In this document: positions 30,759 through 40,895 of the stretch, one piece after another
How the letters are laid out: the number at the start of each line of letters is the position of its first letter
Position numbering within the stretch: position 1 is the first letter of the stretch
Source: Oculatellaceae cyanobacterium bins.114
Lineage (GTDB): Bacteria; Cyanobacteriota; Cyanobacteriia; Elainellales; Elainellaceae
DNA length: 64,000 nucleotides
NCBI GenBank assembly: GCA_033764315.1
Contig: JANRJA010000137.1
Coordinates: 46,274-110,273, forward strand
Reading direction: 5' to 3'
The notes under the pieces: model-generated
What the model was told of the DNA's origin: nothing
What the model saw: only the letters and a program-made list of their open reading frames with translations
Database searches by the model: none
Made by a program: the position numbers and the translations under genes

Positions 30759-33293
30759 TCAGGGCAGAGTAGAGGGTTCTGGGGCGGGGCTAGGGGTCAG
30801 TTTAGGATAGGCAATGCGCTGATGGTTAAACTGTTGCCAAACCCGCACAAAGATTTGGGCGATGCGGGTCAGTTCTGCGCGGGTCAACCCAGAGTTAACC
30901 AGTTGATTATCTTGCCAGCGTGCTCGCATGATACGGTTAACCATTGCTAAAGCTTCTTCAGGCGTCGTATCTTTGAGCGATCGCAAGGCGGCTTCACAAG
31001 AGTCTGCCAACATCACAATTCCCGTTTCACGCGATTGCGGAATGGGGCCGTCATACCGAAAATCAAGCTCTTGCACCGTTAAATCAGGATTCTGTTTGGC
31101 TCGTTGTTGGGCCTCGTGGTAGAAGTAGGCGATTAACATGGTGCCCTGGTGTTCTGGAATAAAGGCTTGAATGGCTCCGGGGAGGCGATATTTTTTCGCC
31201 ATCACTAAGCCTTCACTGACATGCTTTTTGATAATGCCACAGCTCTTCCAGGGGTTATTGATGGCGTCATGTTTATTGGGCTTGCCCATCTGATTTTCGA
31301 TAAACCCCATTGCATCATGCATTTTGCCAATGTCATGATAAAGCGTTCCGGCTCTCACGAGTTCTACGTTACAACCCAGGGCACGGGCTGCTGCCTCTGC
31401 CAGACTGGCGACAAATAGTGTGTGCTGAAAGGTGCCGGGTGCTTCAGAGGCGAGTCGCTTGAGTAAGGGACGATTGGGGTTTGATAACTCTGCCAACCGA
31501 ATGGGAGTAATCAAATCAAACAGATTTTCGAGGTAAGGGCTGAGTCCCAATGCGATAATGCTGCAAGCAACTCCCATCAACCCCTGAATTGCTGATGCTG
31601 TGAGCACGGCATACCACACGGGGCTGGGAGCAAGGCTAAAAATGAGACTAATGATGAGATAGATAATCCCCTGGGTCATCCCCACTGCGCCGCCTAACAT
31701 GGCTAGTTCTTCGCGCGATCGCAACCGCCCTGCCATCGCTGCTCCGAGCAATCCAGCGATCGCACTGGCGATCAACTGGCTCCCTCCGATCTCCATTCCA
31801 ATCGGCAGCGCAATCCCCAGCAGTGCAACAACACTAAAGCCCAGCACAGAGCCATAAAAACTGCCGACTAATAAACCAATCAAGGGCAGACTGGTGGTAG
31901 GAATCTCAAGTGCCACAATCAATGGAGCCGTTAAGACTAGCAACCAGATCAGTCCATAATCGCGCCGCCGCAGCCCTGAATGAAACCGTCGTTCGATCGC
32001 GACAAAAACCAGGACTCCTCCTGCTACAAAGGTTCCAAATCCAATCAACCCCAGCCAGTTGATTCCCCGACGACTCATGTTGAAGTGATCGAGCAACACA
32101 AAATTGGCTTGGGTGATCATTTTGCCTTGCTCAACAATGATCTCACCCCGCCGAATTTCGACAATTTCTGGCTTGACTTCCTGTGCGGCTTGCTCGGCTC
32201 TAATGCGCGTTTTCTCGACATCAGCAATCAGGTTTGGCTGCACTACAGCTCTCAAAACCTGGTTAGCCAACGCCGAACCAGCAGCGGGGGCCGTATCGGC
32301 TAATTGCACTCGAATCGCATTTTGTAATAACTCGTCGGGCACCCCAGGGGCAATGCCCTGCCACAAAATGCGCTCCAATCCCTGGCGAATAGCAGCTTCA
32401 GTTTCACTCCACTCGATATCCGTCAGATTTAACAAGCTGGCGTCATAGAAATTACTGGAGGATTCAGTAGAGGCTAATTTTGTCAAAGCCGCTGCATAGC
32501 GTTGACGAACTCGCGAAATCACTTGTTTTAACGCCACAAAATCTTCGGGAGGGTTGGTACGGCGATAGTTTTGTAGTTCGACGATCGCCACCTGCCGAGA
32601 TGAATTCACAGCCCCACCTGACGACCTCCCATCGTTTACTTGAGACAACCGAGCACTCGCAGTACTTTGAGCAGCCGCGATCGCACTTTGCCACTCCGGT
32701 TCAGGGGCTTGCCGCAAATAGATCTGCGTTGAAGTCGATAAAATTGATGTTTCGACAAAGGGAAACTGCCCTGCTTGGGTTCGCAGGTCTTTTCCTTCGT
32801 CTAACAGGCGTTGTAAGTTGCCATAAATCTCCTGGTTTGCCGTCTCATCAACCATTAAGACTGGCGCAGACCCAATTCGAGCTTCTTGTTGATTTGCTTT
32901 GGTCGTCTCAACATCTTCGACTCTGGCGGTCTCAGGTGCTCGTAACGTTTGTGGGGCGATCGTGCTGACTGCTAACTGAGGCTCATTATAAAATCGATAA
33001 CCGATCGCACTGGTCAAAGAAACGATCGTCAACACCACAATGACCGGACGAGGGGGAGGGGGTGGAGCAGACTGTTTACGTCGATGCAACTTTTGCGACA
33101 AAACTGCTCTAGCCAATTGATTGGGCTTGACCCCTAACAGCGATGGCAACGGCTGAGAATGAGAGTTACTGTAACGTTTGACATGCGTTACAGCCGATTG
33201 CAGGATGTGGTGGAGTTGTTTTTGCGAAGCAGAAAGCAGATTGGTTGGCCTCCACTGGCTCATCTGCTGTGTCAACACTCGGAAAGATTTCAT
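30759..33293 (-). CDS. 7TM-HD (HDIG) phosphohydrolase, PgpH-like
   Basis: Extracytoplasmic domain, TM bundle, EAPGTFQHT, YHDIGK, EHQGT, MLADSCEAA. Confidence 0.9.
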   Translation of the reverse strand: MKSFRVLTQQMSQWRPTNLLSASQKQLHHILQSAVTHVKRYSNSHSQPLPSLLGVKPNQLARAVLSQKLHRRKQSAPPPPPRPVIVVLTIVSLTSAIGYRFYNEPQLAVSTIAPQTLRAPETARVEDVETTKANQQEARIGSAPVLMVDETANQEIYGNLQRLLDEGKDLRTQAGQFPFVETSILSTSTQIYLRQAPEPEWQSAIAAAQSTASARLSQVNDGRSSGGAVNSSRQVAIVELQNYRRTNPPEDFVALKQVISRVRQRYAAALTKLASTESSSNFYDASLLNLTDIEWSETEAAIRQGLERILWQGIAPGVPDELLQNAIRVQLADTAPAAGSALANQVLRAVVQPNLIADVEKTRIRAEQAAQEVKPEIVEIRRGEIIVEQGKMITQANFVLLDHFNMSRRGINWLGLIGFGTFVAGGVLVFVAIERRFHSGLRRRDYGLIWLLVLTAPLIVALEIPTTSLPLIGLLVGSFYGSVLGFSVVALLGIALPIGMEIGGSQLIASAIAGLLGAAMAGRLRSREELAMLGGAVGMTQGIIYLIISLIFSLAPSPVWYAVLTASAIQGLMGVACSIIALGLSPYLENLFDLITPIRLAELSNPNRPLLKRLASEAPGTFQHTLFVASLAEAAARALGCNVELVRAGTLYHDIGKMHDAMGFIENQMGKPNKHDAINNPWKSCGIIKKHVSEGLVMAKKYRLPGAIQAFIPEHQGTMLIAYFYHEAQQRAKQNPDLTVQELDFRYDGPIPQSRETGIVMLADSCEAALRSLKDTTPEEALAMVNRIMRARWQDNQLVNSGLTRAELTRIAQIFVRVWQQFNHQRIAYPKLTPSPAPEPSTLP

Positions 33294-33569
33294 TAATTCA
33301 CCAAGGGCGACAGTCGTGTTGGCAAGGAATCAATCACAAACCTCTAACACCACTCAAGACCAGTTTTAAAGCCCCCTATGCGGAGTGCTTCTAAAAACTC
33401 AAGCAAATTTTTAGATCGGCTCTCAGGGAATAGCTGCACCAAAGCTGAAACAACCAAAGCGCAAACCTGTATTTAAGGACAACCTACCGTTAAAACACCA
33501 CAAGCAACAGTCAGTGAGCACTCGTGATCAATAGTATATCTAAGCCAAGTAGCAAGGATGTGCTAGAAC

Positions 33570-34634
33570 CTACCGAGGACGGATTACATCAGGGGCAGCG
33601 ATGACTCTATAAGGAGAACTGTTTCGTGTTACCCCAGCAGATCCAGGAAATTCAGTAGAAGCTTGATCAATCCCTCCCCAGACAGCCAGCAGTTGATCAG
33701 CGAGTTGCACTAACATGGCCTCAGATTTGACATCCCACAATGCCATTAACGCTGAAGACTGCGCTGGGTGCCGATGCAGAGCACTGCGCCACTGGAGTGG
33801 TAAGCCCGCCATGCCGTTAAACGCTCCTGCAAATGCCCCCACCAAAGCACAAACCCATTGAGGATGATAGGGCAATCGAGCCGCTTGTAAAACCGATAAC
33901 CGAAAGTCATCTGGAGTGTTGAGCACACAACCCAGGGCGATCGCCACTCCTGTCATGGCCGAACCTGGTTTATCGGGGTGCCCTAAAGTACGCAAGATGG
34001 AGAGCAACCCTCTTCCTTGCGCCACTAAATCAGTAACTTGAGTGAGGATTTTGACCCATTCCAAACGGTGTTGTGATAACTCCAGATCATCGATCAAATC
34101 AGCCACCAGGCTGGTGTGTAAATTTGCTTGATGACGCAGTGCCAGGGCGATCGCGTAGGCTGAGATCAAAGCCGCTAGCTGCACCTCATCATTGTCAGGG
34201 GTTGGATGCCAAACGGCGATCGCCTGTTGCACCTGATAGCGCAGTTGGGGCAAATCATCGTGAAAGTAAAGGGCGATCGGCAATGTCACAATGAGACTTG
34301 CTGGAGGGCTATGTTGGGCGATCGACTGATCCCAGAGATTACAAGACTTCTCAGGTGGGGCTGTCCCATTGAGAGTGGGCACCGCTTTCAACTGGCTTGT
34401 TGCCACATCCCACCGTTGGTGTTTGATCAATTGCTGTAAGCCACTCACAATCGTGCGTCCATAGCTCCATGAAGGCATGATCTCTAGGGGATGCAACCCC
34501 CACTGCTCTAACCGTTGCCAACTCAGAGATGATGACTTTGGGTGCCGATGCGCTTGACATTGAAAGCCCAACACTTCACCCAGGGCAGCCCCCAACAGGG
34601 CACCTCGAAATCGGCTTTGAAGGGAATAGTGCAT
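33570..34634 (-). CDS. ADP-ribosylglycohydrolase-like protein (degenerate)
   Basis: RFRGALLGAALGEVLG N-terminus; ALVGAFAGAFNG..GLP..W C-terminal motif. Confidence 0.8.
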   Translation of the reverse strand: MHYSLQSRFRGALLGAALGEVLGFQCQAHRHPKSSSLSWQRLEQWGLHPLEIMPSWSYGRTIVSGLQQLIKHQRWDVATSQLKAVPTLNGTAPPEKSCNLWDQSIAQHSPPASLIVTLPIALYFHDDLPQLRYQVQQAIAVWHPTPDNDEVQLAALISAYAIALALRHQANLHTSLVADLIDDLELSQHRLEWVKILTQVTDLVAQGRGLLSILRTLGHPDKPGSAMTGVAIALGCVLNTPDDFRLSVLQAARLPYHPQWVCALVGAFAGAFNGMAGLPLQWRSALHRHPAQSSALMALWDVKSEAMLVQLADQLLAVWGGIDQASTEFPGSAGVTRNSSPYRVIAAPDVIRPR

Positions 34635-34718
34635 CTAAATTAGACCGGATTGCAGATTTAAGATAAACTCGGAACGATTTTACTTGTTGTAGCTCACATT
34701 GGCGGAGAATGCAGGGCA

Positions 34719-35486
34719 ATGAATTGCAATCAGCTTGGCATTAAATTTGTCCTTCTCTTAGATCGTTGGGTGCAGCCAATTCAACTTCGGTCTGTGGCTC
34801 TTAGCGTCATTGCTCTCAGTCTAATACCTGTCGTGATGCTGCCACCCCTTGCGCAAGCCCAAACGAACCCTTCATCTCCACCCACTGCGATCGCCCGTCC
34901 CACACTCCGCCTTGGCAATCAAGGAGCTGCTGTCACCGAATTGCAAGCTCTCCTCAAACTACTTGGATTTTATCCGGGAGTCGTGGATGGTAGCTTTCAA
35001 TCCAGCACCGCTACCGCTGTAATTGCCTTTCAACAAGCCGCAGGACTGACCGCTGATGGCATCGTTGGAGGCAATACCTGGAATCGTCTCTTGCCATCTG
35101 CTGCCACGACCACACCTGCCACAACACCCGCTGCTGCAACACCCCCAGTTTCAACAACACCCACCACTCAGGCAACGATTACCACCCCAGCACGACCAAC
35201 CCCATCCCCGGTACCTCGCCCCACCACAACTGCCCCACAAGACACGACTGTTGCTGCAAATCCTGGTTCTGAAGTCGTTAGCCTGCCAACGTTGAGAGTG
35301 GGAATGCGGGGACCAGCCGTTGCCCGATTGCAACAGCGACTGCGAACCCTCGGCGTGTTTAACGGTGAGATTGACGGAGTCTTTGGCCCAGCCACTCAAA
35401 CCGCAGTCAAAGCGGCTCAACGTCGCTATAACCTGACTCCTGATGGCATCGTTGGAAATGCGACTTGGGCTGTTTTGCTACGTTAA
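34719..35486 (+). CDS. Exported protein with two PG_binding_1 domains and a P/T linker
   Basis: PTLRLG.QG.AV..LQ..L..LG...G.VDG.F...T..AV..FQ...GLTADGIVG..TW, twice. Confidence 0.9.
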   Translation: MNCNQLGIKFVLLLDRWVQPIQLRSVALSVIALSLIPVVMLPPLAQAQTNPSSPPTAIARPTLRLGNQGAAVTELQALLKLLGFYPGVVDGSFQSSTATAVIAFQQAAGLTADGIVGGNTWNRLLPSAATTTPATTPAAATPPVSTTPTTQATITTPARPTPSPVPRPTTTAPQDTTVAANPGSEVVSLPTLRVGMRGPAVARLQQRLRTLGVFNGEIDGVFGPATQTAVKAAQRRYNLTPDGIVGNATWAVLLR

Positions 35487-36036
35487 GTAAAAGTCATTAA
35501 GAGAACCTCATTAAACTCAATTCAGCATTGGGGTTAAGCGCGGTTAAAACCCTCTGCCAGATGAATTGGAGCGTTGAGCAAGCGAGTCGAATGGAGTCGA
35601 AACGCATCTCACGGTTCCTGACAGTTCTACCCTAAGAGCGGCACCGAAGCCTCCCTCTAGATAGACCATTTCAAACAAGGGAAATGGTTACTCTAAATCT
35701 AATAACCCATTGGATAATTGCAGCTTGTTGAAAGTTTAGTAATTCATTCCAAACTAGTCGGTTTTGTTGTCATTAAGACTAGTCAATTTCAAGCTAACGC
35801 TTAGGGGCAACAGTCATATCTCAGTCTGCAATGCGATTTCATATAGCAACTCCTGAGACCGTTGACATAAGGGCTGTGGGGTCGGAGCCTCTGCATCTTG
35901 TGTTAACCATCTCTTTCAGTTGTTCCATAACTGTGAAAGAGCATCGCTGATAGTTTTGTTCCGAGTTTTGGTCAGTGATTCAAGACTTTTTTTGACTCAT
36001 TTTTTAATTTCCTTTATTGAGTTCTGTTGGTGAAAA

Positions 36037-36765
36037 ATGACTAACTTACGCGATCGCCGAATCCATCCAGGTCGTCCCAGTAATCATATTGCAGGTGCAG
36101 ATCGGGTACCTCGTGCTGACCAATATCAGGTGTATAACAAAAGCCTTGTAAATCAAACTCCAAAGGTTGCGAATGGTCAGCCCGTTGCCCAAACTGATTT
36201 GGCTTACAGGGATGGATATGAGCATGGCAAAGCCCATGAACACTATGTCGAAGCAGATCTGAGAAATCGAGATAACGAGAACGCAGCACGAGGAATGTTG
36301 TTTGGCATCGTTTTTGCATCTTTGGCAAGTGCTGTCATTGCTGCCTTATTTATTGCTAATCACAACCCAACCTCGACTCCGGTTGCCCCGGTCGCAGTGC
36401 CTGTTCCCCAATCTCCTAGTCCGCTGCCCAGTCCTCAAACAAACAATGTTCAGGTTCGTGAACGGGTGATCGAGCGCACTCAAGAGCTTGTCCCGGTTCC
36501 TCAACCTCAACCGCCCACTGTCACCAATCCGCCATCAGGCACCGTCAATCAAGCTCCTGTGACTCAGCCAGTTCCAGGGCAACCTCAGGGGCAGACTACT
36601 CAACCTCAAACACAAACGACTCAATCAACTCAAGGAAGTCCATCTCAGGGGGCTGTTCAACCTCAAGGCACACCAGCTCAAGGGAATCAAACTCAGGCAG
36701 ACACAACTCAAGGGACTGCGTCTTCAACAGGCAACCAATACACTTTTACCAATCCAGCTCAATAG
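36037..36765 (+). CDS. Hypothetical single-TM protein with Q/P/T-rich tail
   Basis: YRDGYEHG...RDNENAARGMLFGIVFASLASAVIAALF followed by a low-complexity tail. Confidence 0.8.
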   Translation: MTNLRDRRIHPGRPSNHIAGADRVPRADQYQVYNKSLVNQTPKVANGQPVAQTDLAYRDGYEHGKAHEHYVEADLRNRDNENAARGMLFGIVFASLASAVIAALFIANHNPTSTPVAPVAVPVPQSPSPLPSPQTNNVQVRERVIERTQELVPVPQPQPPTVTNPPSGTVNQAPVTQPVPGQPQGQTTQPQTQTTQSTQGSPSQGAVQPQGTPAQGNQTQADTTQGTASSTGNQYTFTNPAQ

Positions 36766-36806
36766 AGTTTAGAGAGGGATAACTTCCTTAAAATCCATCG
36801 ATGGGA

Positions 36807-36833
36807 GATAGGGGACTCACTCCCCTATTTTTT
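36807..36833 (+). terminator. Intrinsic terminator
   Basis: ATAGGGGA-CTCAC-TCCCCTAT followed by a T-run. Confidence 0.75.
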
Positions 36834-37320
36834 ATGGAAGAAATGTTTGCTTTCAGCGGAGATCTAACCAAACCTTGAGCTTTTCTTAGAGTTTAGTATT
36901 GCTAGTCTTAACGTAAATGTTGTAAAAGCTAGAGCAAAATGAATTTTAGTAAATTGATCCCCACTTCCTAGAGGGATGGTGCTACTTTAAATATCAAGGC
37001 ACAAGACCCGAAAGAAAGGGTCAACCAAAAATTATCTGGCATAGAGCCTGTGCCTCCCGCTCTAATCCAGTCGCGGCACCTCATTGCTCTGTAACGTTCA
37101 CTTCAACTTGGTAGACCATTGCCTCGCCATTTGACCGAACTAAGGCCAAGGTTTGTAGGCACTACCTCAGCTTCTTAATCTCCTAAAGAGATAGGAATGG
37201 TTACAGGTAATAAAGGTATGCTGTGAGTTCGAGTCAACCCTAGTTGTAATTTGTTTCATTCCACTTCATTGTTCAAGTTCGACTCATTGGTTTGATTAAG
37301 TTAACTCAAATTACCTATCG

Positions 37321-37358
37321 AGGGTTTAGTAAGCACTACTAAACCCTAATTGTTTTTT
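37321..37358 (+). terminator. Terminator-like hairpin with no ORF directly upstream
   Basis: Perfect 11-bp stem AGGGTTTAGTA-AGCAC-TACTAAACCCT followed by AATTGTTTTTT. Confidence 0.65.
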
Positions 37359-37581
37359 AAAGCCTGAGTTTTGCTAGTCGTGCGGGCAATCTTGCAGACT
37401 GTCACAAGGGTGCCATGTTAAGGTGCCACACCAGAGTAGATTAAAGACAGACCCTTTAAAGTTTTAATAACTTTAGTGTTGTTTCAGCATAGTTTGCTTC
37501 AATTCAGTCAACTTTAGAGTTGCTTATCAGAATTGACATCAATGCCGAAATTTAGTCGTTCTGGCGTTACTTGTCTCTTGC

Positions 37582-38820
37582 ATGGCTTCAATTGCCCGCC
37601 GAAATTTATTTGAAGACATCCCTCGTTTTTTGGTTGCTCAAGCGGGGATCATGTTTGCTGTTAGCTTGGTGACTATTCAAACTGGAATTCTCAATGGGTT
37701 TAGTCGTTCTACAACCTCATTGATTGACAATTCCCAAGCTGATATCTGGTTGTCTGCTAATGAGATGGTTTATCTAGAGCTAACATTGCCACTCCCGGCA
37801 GGCATGGTGGCTCAGGCTCAAGATGTCGATGGGGTTGCCAGGGCAGAGGCACTCAGTGTGAGAGGGGCAACGTGGCGCAGCCAAAATGGTGAAATTTCTC
37901 CGGTGCGATTAATTGGGTTTAGTCCAGATGGGCAATTGTTTACACCCGGTGAGTTGATCAACGGCAACTGGAGAAATTTAAGAGAGCCTTATACCTTTAT
38001 CTTGGATGAGTCAAACTTAGATTCTCTGGATCTCCAAGAGCCTGGGGAAGAGGCAAGCATTGGTTCTTTGCCTGCTCGATTAATTGGTTTAACTCAAGAA
38101 ACGCAGTCGATTGCCTCTAGTCCGTTCTTGTTTACCTCTTTAGAGAGTGCTAACGCTTATGTGACCTCTGGGTTAACCTCAACCACCAGTTGTCGCTTGG
38201 TGTCTGGCAACCTGCAATGTACGAATGTTTATCAGCGATCGCCATCCGGTGCCCCACCCGCTAAACCTGCTCCACTCACAGCCAACGATACGATTACCTA
38301 TGTGCTCATTCAAGCGACAGCAGGGCAAGATTTAGAAGTGCTAAAGCAGCGGTTAGAGCAAACCATACCAGGGACTCGTGCCAATACCAAGTCAGAGATG
38401 TCTCGGCAAACCCGTGAGTATTGGCAACAACGAACTGGGTTGGGCTTTGTTTTAGGGTTGGGGGCAACCGTTGGAGTGATCGTTGGCATGGTCATTGTTG
38501 GGCAGATCCTCTACTCTTCGGTCTCGGATCACTTAAAGGAATTTGGCACGCTCAAGGCGATGGGGGCGTCTGATTGGTTGCTCTATCGTGTCATTATTGA
38601 GCAAGCTCTGTGGATGGCAACATTAGGCTACATCCCTAGCATGGCACTCTGTTTAGGGTTAGGGGCTTGGACTTTTGCCACTCAAGGCATCATGATTCTC
38701 ATTACTCCGGTGACAGCCGCTGGAGTTTTAGGGATCACCGTGGTGATGTGTGTTGGCTCGGCTCTATTTGCAATTCAAAAGGTGACTCACGTTGATCCGG
38801 CAATTGTGTTTAAGGTGTGA
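37582..38820 (+). CDS. ABC transporter permease, FtsX/MacB (DevC-like)
   Basis: GIMFAVSLVTIQTG, VGQILYSSVSDHLKEFGTLKAMGA, VDPAIVF. Confidence 0.9.
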   Translation: MASIARRNLFEDIPRFLVAQAGIMFAVSLVTIQTGILNGFSRSTTSLIDNSQADIWLSANEMVYLELTLPLPAGMVAQAQDVDGVARAEALSVRGATWRSQNGEISPVRLIGFSPDGQLFTPGELINGNWRNLREPYTFILDESNLDSLDLQEPGEEASIGSLPARLIGLTQETQSIASSPFLFTSLESANAYVTSGLTSTTSCRLVSGNLQCTNVYQRSPSGAPPAKPAPLTANDTITYVLIQATAGQDLEVLKQRLEQTIPGTRANTKSEMSRQTREYWQQRTGLGFVLGLGATVGVIVGMVIVGQILYSSVSDHLKEFGTLKAMGASDWLLYRVIIEQALWMATLGYIPSMALCLGLGAWTFATQGIMILITPVTAAGVLGITVVMCVGSALFAIQKVTHVDPAIVFKV

Positions 38821-39216
38821 ACCAAGTTGTAAGAATTCCGTGTAGATCATTACGGAGTTACAGACTGCCATCTGAATACACTGGATAATAAATTTAATGC
38901 TGAGGGTCAATCCGAATTTTAAGGTTTCTACTGTGAATCTAAATCTTGAATCCTACGTCATAAAAGTTAGGGCTATTGGGAAGAAGGGTATTTTTAGAAT
39001 ATGTAGTTTAAAGCATATAGAGTCACCTGTTTAGGCTAGCCGCATGGATGAAGGCATACTTTACGGTTTCCGCCTAATCTAAAGATAGGTCGTTATGTCT
39101 TTCCTGGCCGTTTTTCTGTAAGTAAGGGTTTATTAGTTTTTCCAATCGTTGCCTCCACACTGAATTCATTGCTCTCTACTCGTCTAGAAGCCTGCATCTT
39201 ACTCAACCTATAATGT

Positions 39217-39969
39217 ATGACTGCCTCTAAAATCCGTTTAACAGAGTCTCCCAAAATCACAAATTACACCAAACCTGCTTTAGATTTGGCTACCACTAAG
39301 AGTAGAGCAATTGTGGCAAAGCATGTGGAGATGGTGTTTCAGTCTGGAAACCAAAAGTTTCAAGCGTTGAGTGATATCAATCTTGAGGTTAACGCTGGTG
39401 ATATTCAGCTGTTGATGGGTCCTTCGGGATCTGGCAAGACAACACTGTTATCTATCCTGGGGGGCATTTTGACCCCCACGACTGGAAGTGTTCGCTTGCT
39501 GGGGCAAGAGATCACTACGTTATCTCGGACTCAATTGGCTAAATTTCGACTACAACACATTGGCTTTATCTTTCAAGGCTTCAATCTCTTTCCAGCTCTG
39601 ACAGCGATTGAGAACGTTGAAGTAGCGTTGACTATGAAGGGAATGCGCGATCGCGTAGCTCACCTTGAAGCGGCTAATTTGCTAGAGCAAGTTGGATTGG
39701 CGGATAAAGCGAAAAATCTGCCTTCGGAATTGTCGGGTGGACAAAAACAACGAGTGGCGATCGCCCGTGCGTTGGCTGGTAGTCCTGCGTTAATCATGGC
39801 AGATGAGCAAACGGCAGCTCTTGACTCGCACAGTGGTCATGCGGTGATTGATCTGCTGCGTCGATTGGCAAAAGAGGGTGGGCACACCGTCTTAATGGTG
39901 ACGCATGATCCCCGGATTATTGATGTTGCCGATCGCGTGACTCATCTCGAAGATGGGTTCTTGCAGTAA
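39217..39969 (+). CDS. ABC transporter ATP-binding protein (LolD/DevA-like)
   Basis: GPSGSGKT, LSGGQKQRVAIARAL, IMADE, VTHD. Confidence 0.93.
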   Translation: MTASKIRLTESPKITNYTKPALDLATTKSRAIVAKHVEMVFQSGNQKFQALSDINLEVNAGDIQLLMGPSGSGKTTLLSILGGILTPTTGSVRLLGQEITTLSRTQLAKFRLQHIGFIFQGFNLFPALTAIENVEVALTMKGMRDRVAHLEAANLLEQVGLADKAKNLPSELSGGQKQRVAIARALAGSPALIMADEQTAALDSHSGHAVIDLLRRLAKEGGHTVLMVTHDPRIIDVADRVTHLEDGFLQ

Positions 39970-39998
39970 GGGCACGATCAGAGGCAATAGAACTTGGT

Positions 39999-40027
39999 TA
40001 GGGCGTTTCATGAAACGCCCTATTTTT
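39999..40027 (+). terminator. Perfect palindrome / terminator
   Basis: TAGGGCGTTTCATGAAACGCCCTA followed by TTTTT. Confidence 0.65.
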
Positions 40028-40131
40028 GTCTAAACCGTTAAACCCAAGTCGTCCCATTCACAGGCCGCAACAGCGATCGCGCACAGCTTCTTGATTTTCT
40101 AAAGCCATTGCCCGAAGGATGCAAAATACCA

Positions 40132-40164
40132 AGAAGTCGGAGGTTTCTTCAACTTCCGACTTCT
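40132..40164. repeat. AGAAGTCGG...CCGACTTCT hairpin repeat, probably the terminator of the flavodoxin gene
   Basis: Stem visible directly; a degenerate relative lies at about 15-42. Confidence 0.55.
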
Positions 40165-40174
40165 GCTACTGAGC

Positions 40175-40780
40175 TTAGGCAGAGACTAACTGCTTTGCCC
40201 AACGATGTGTGGCTTCGGCAATTCGCTGTCCATAGGTTTCAGCTGTGAGGCGATCGCCAGGATCAATCTCAGCAGGAGCACCGCTCATATCCAATATGCT
40301 TTGACCCATGACACCCAAGAATGAACCGAGACGATTTAACCCATCGGTCTTACCCGCATAAACACTGGGAAGTTCGCCAAAACCAACCCAGATCATGCCG
40401 TGTTGAGCCGCATTGATCGCTAAATAAAGGAGAGTTCCCTGTTTGTCGCCACTAAGCGAACCGGAGTGAGTAAAGCCACCAGCAATTTTATCCTTCCATT
40501 GCTGACTAAACCAGGCAGAACTGGCTGCATCGACAAACGCCTTAAACTGAGCCGCAACGCCGCCCATATAGGTGGGAGTGCCAAACACAATGGCATCTGC
40601 CTGACTCAGTTTTTCGAGCATGGCATCATCTTGCCAGCGACCATTGACGATTTGTTCACCTGTAATCCGCAACAATTCAACTGTACTATCTGAAACCTTG
40701 CTAACCCCTGCTGCGACGGCTTCTGCCATGAGATGAGTGTGTCCTGACCCGGAAAAGTATACGATTGCGATCGCTACCAT
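40175..40780 (-). CDS. WrbA-like flavodoxin family protein
   Basis: YFSGSGHT, FGTPTYMG, WKDKIAGGFT.SGS.SGDK, NRLGSFLG. Confidence 0.92.
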   Translation of the reverse strand: MVAIAIVYFSGSGHTHLMAEAVAAGVSKVSDSTVELLRITGEQIVNGRWQDDAMLEKLSQADAIVFGTPTYMGGVAAQFKAFVDAASSAWFSQQWKDKIAGGFTHSGSLSGDKQGTLLYLAINAAQHGMIWVGFGELPSVYAGKTDGLNRLGSFLGVMGQSILDMSGAPAEIDPGDRLTAETYGQRIAEATHRWAKQLVSA

Positions 40781-40821
40781 AAAGACCTCTAAGGTAAGTT
40801 GTCATCGTTGCCTACAATAGA

Positions 40822-40871
40822 TACTAAAAGTAACTAATTACAAAAGAAAAGTAGGTACTTTTAGGTAACTA
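40822..40871. promoter_or_regulatory. Probable HxlR-type operator between the divergent genes
   Basis: Imperfect repeats TACTAAAAGTAACTA and TACTTTTAGGTAACTA in a 115-bp divergent gap. Confidence 0.5.
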
Positions 40872-40895
40872 CCAGGCATTACCGAGTTTGCAAAC

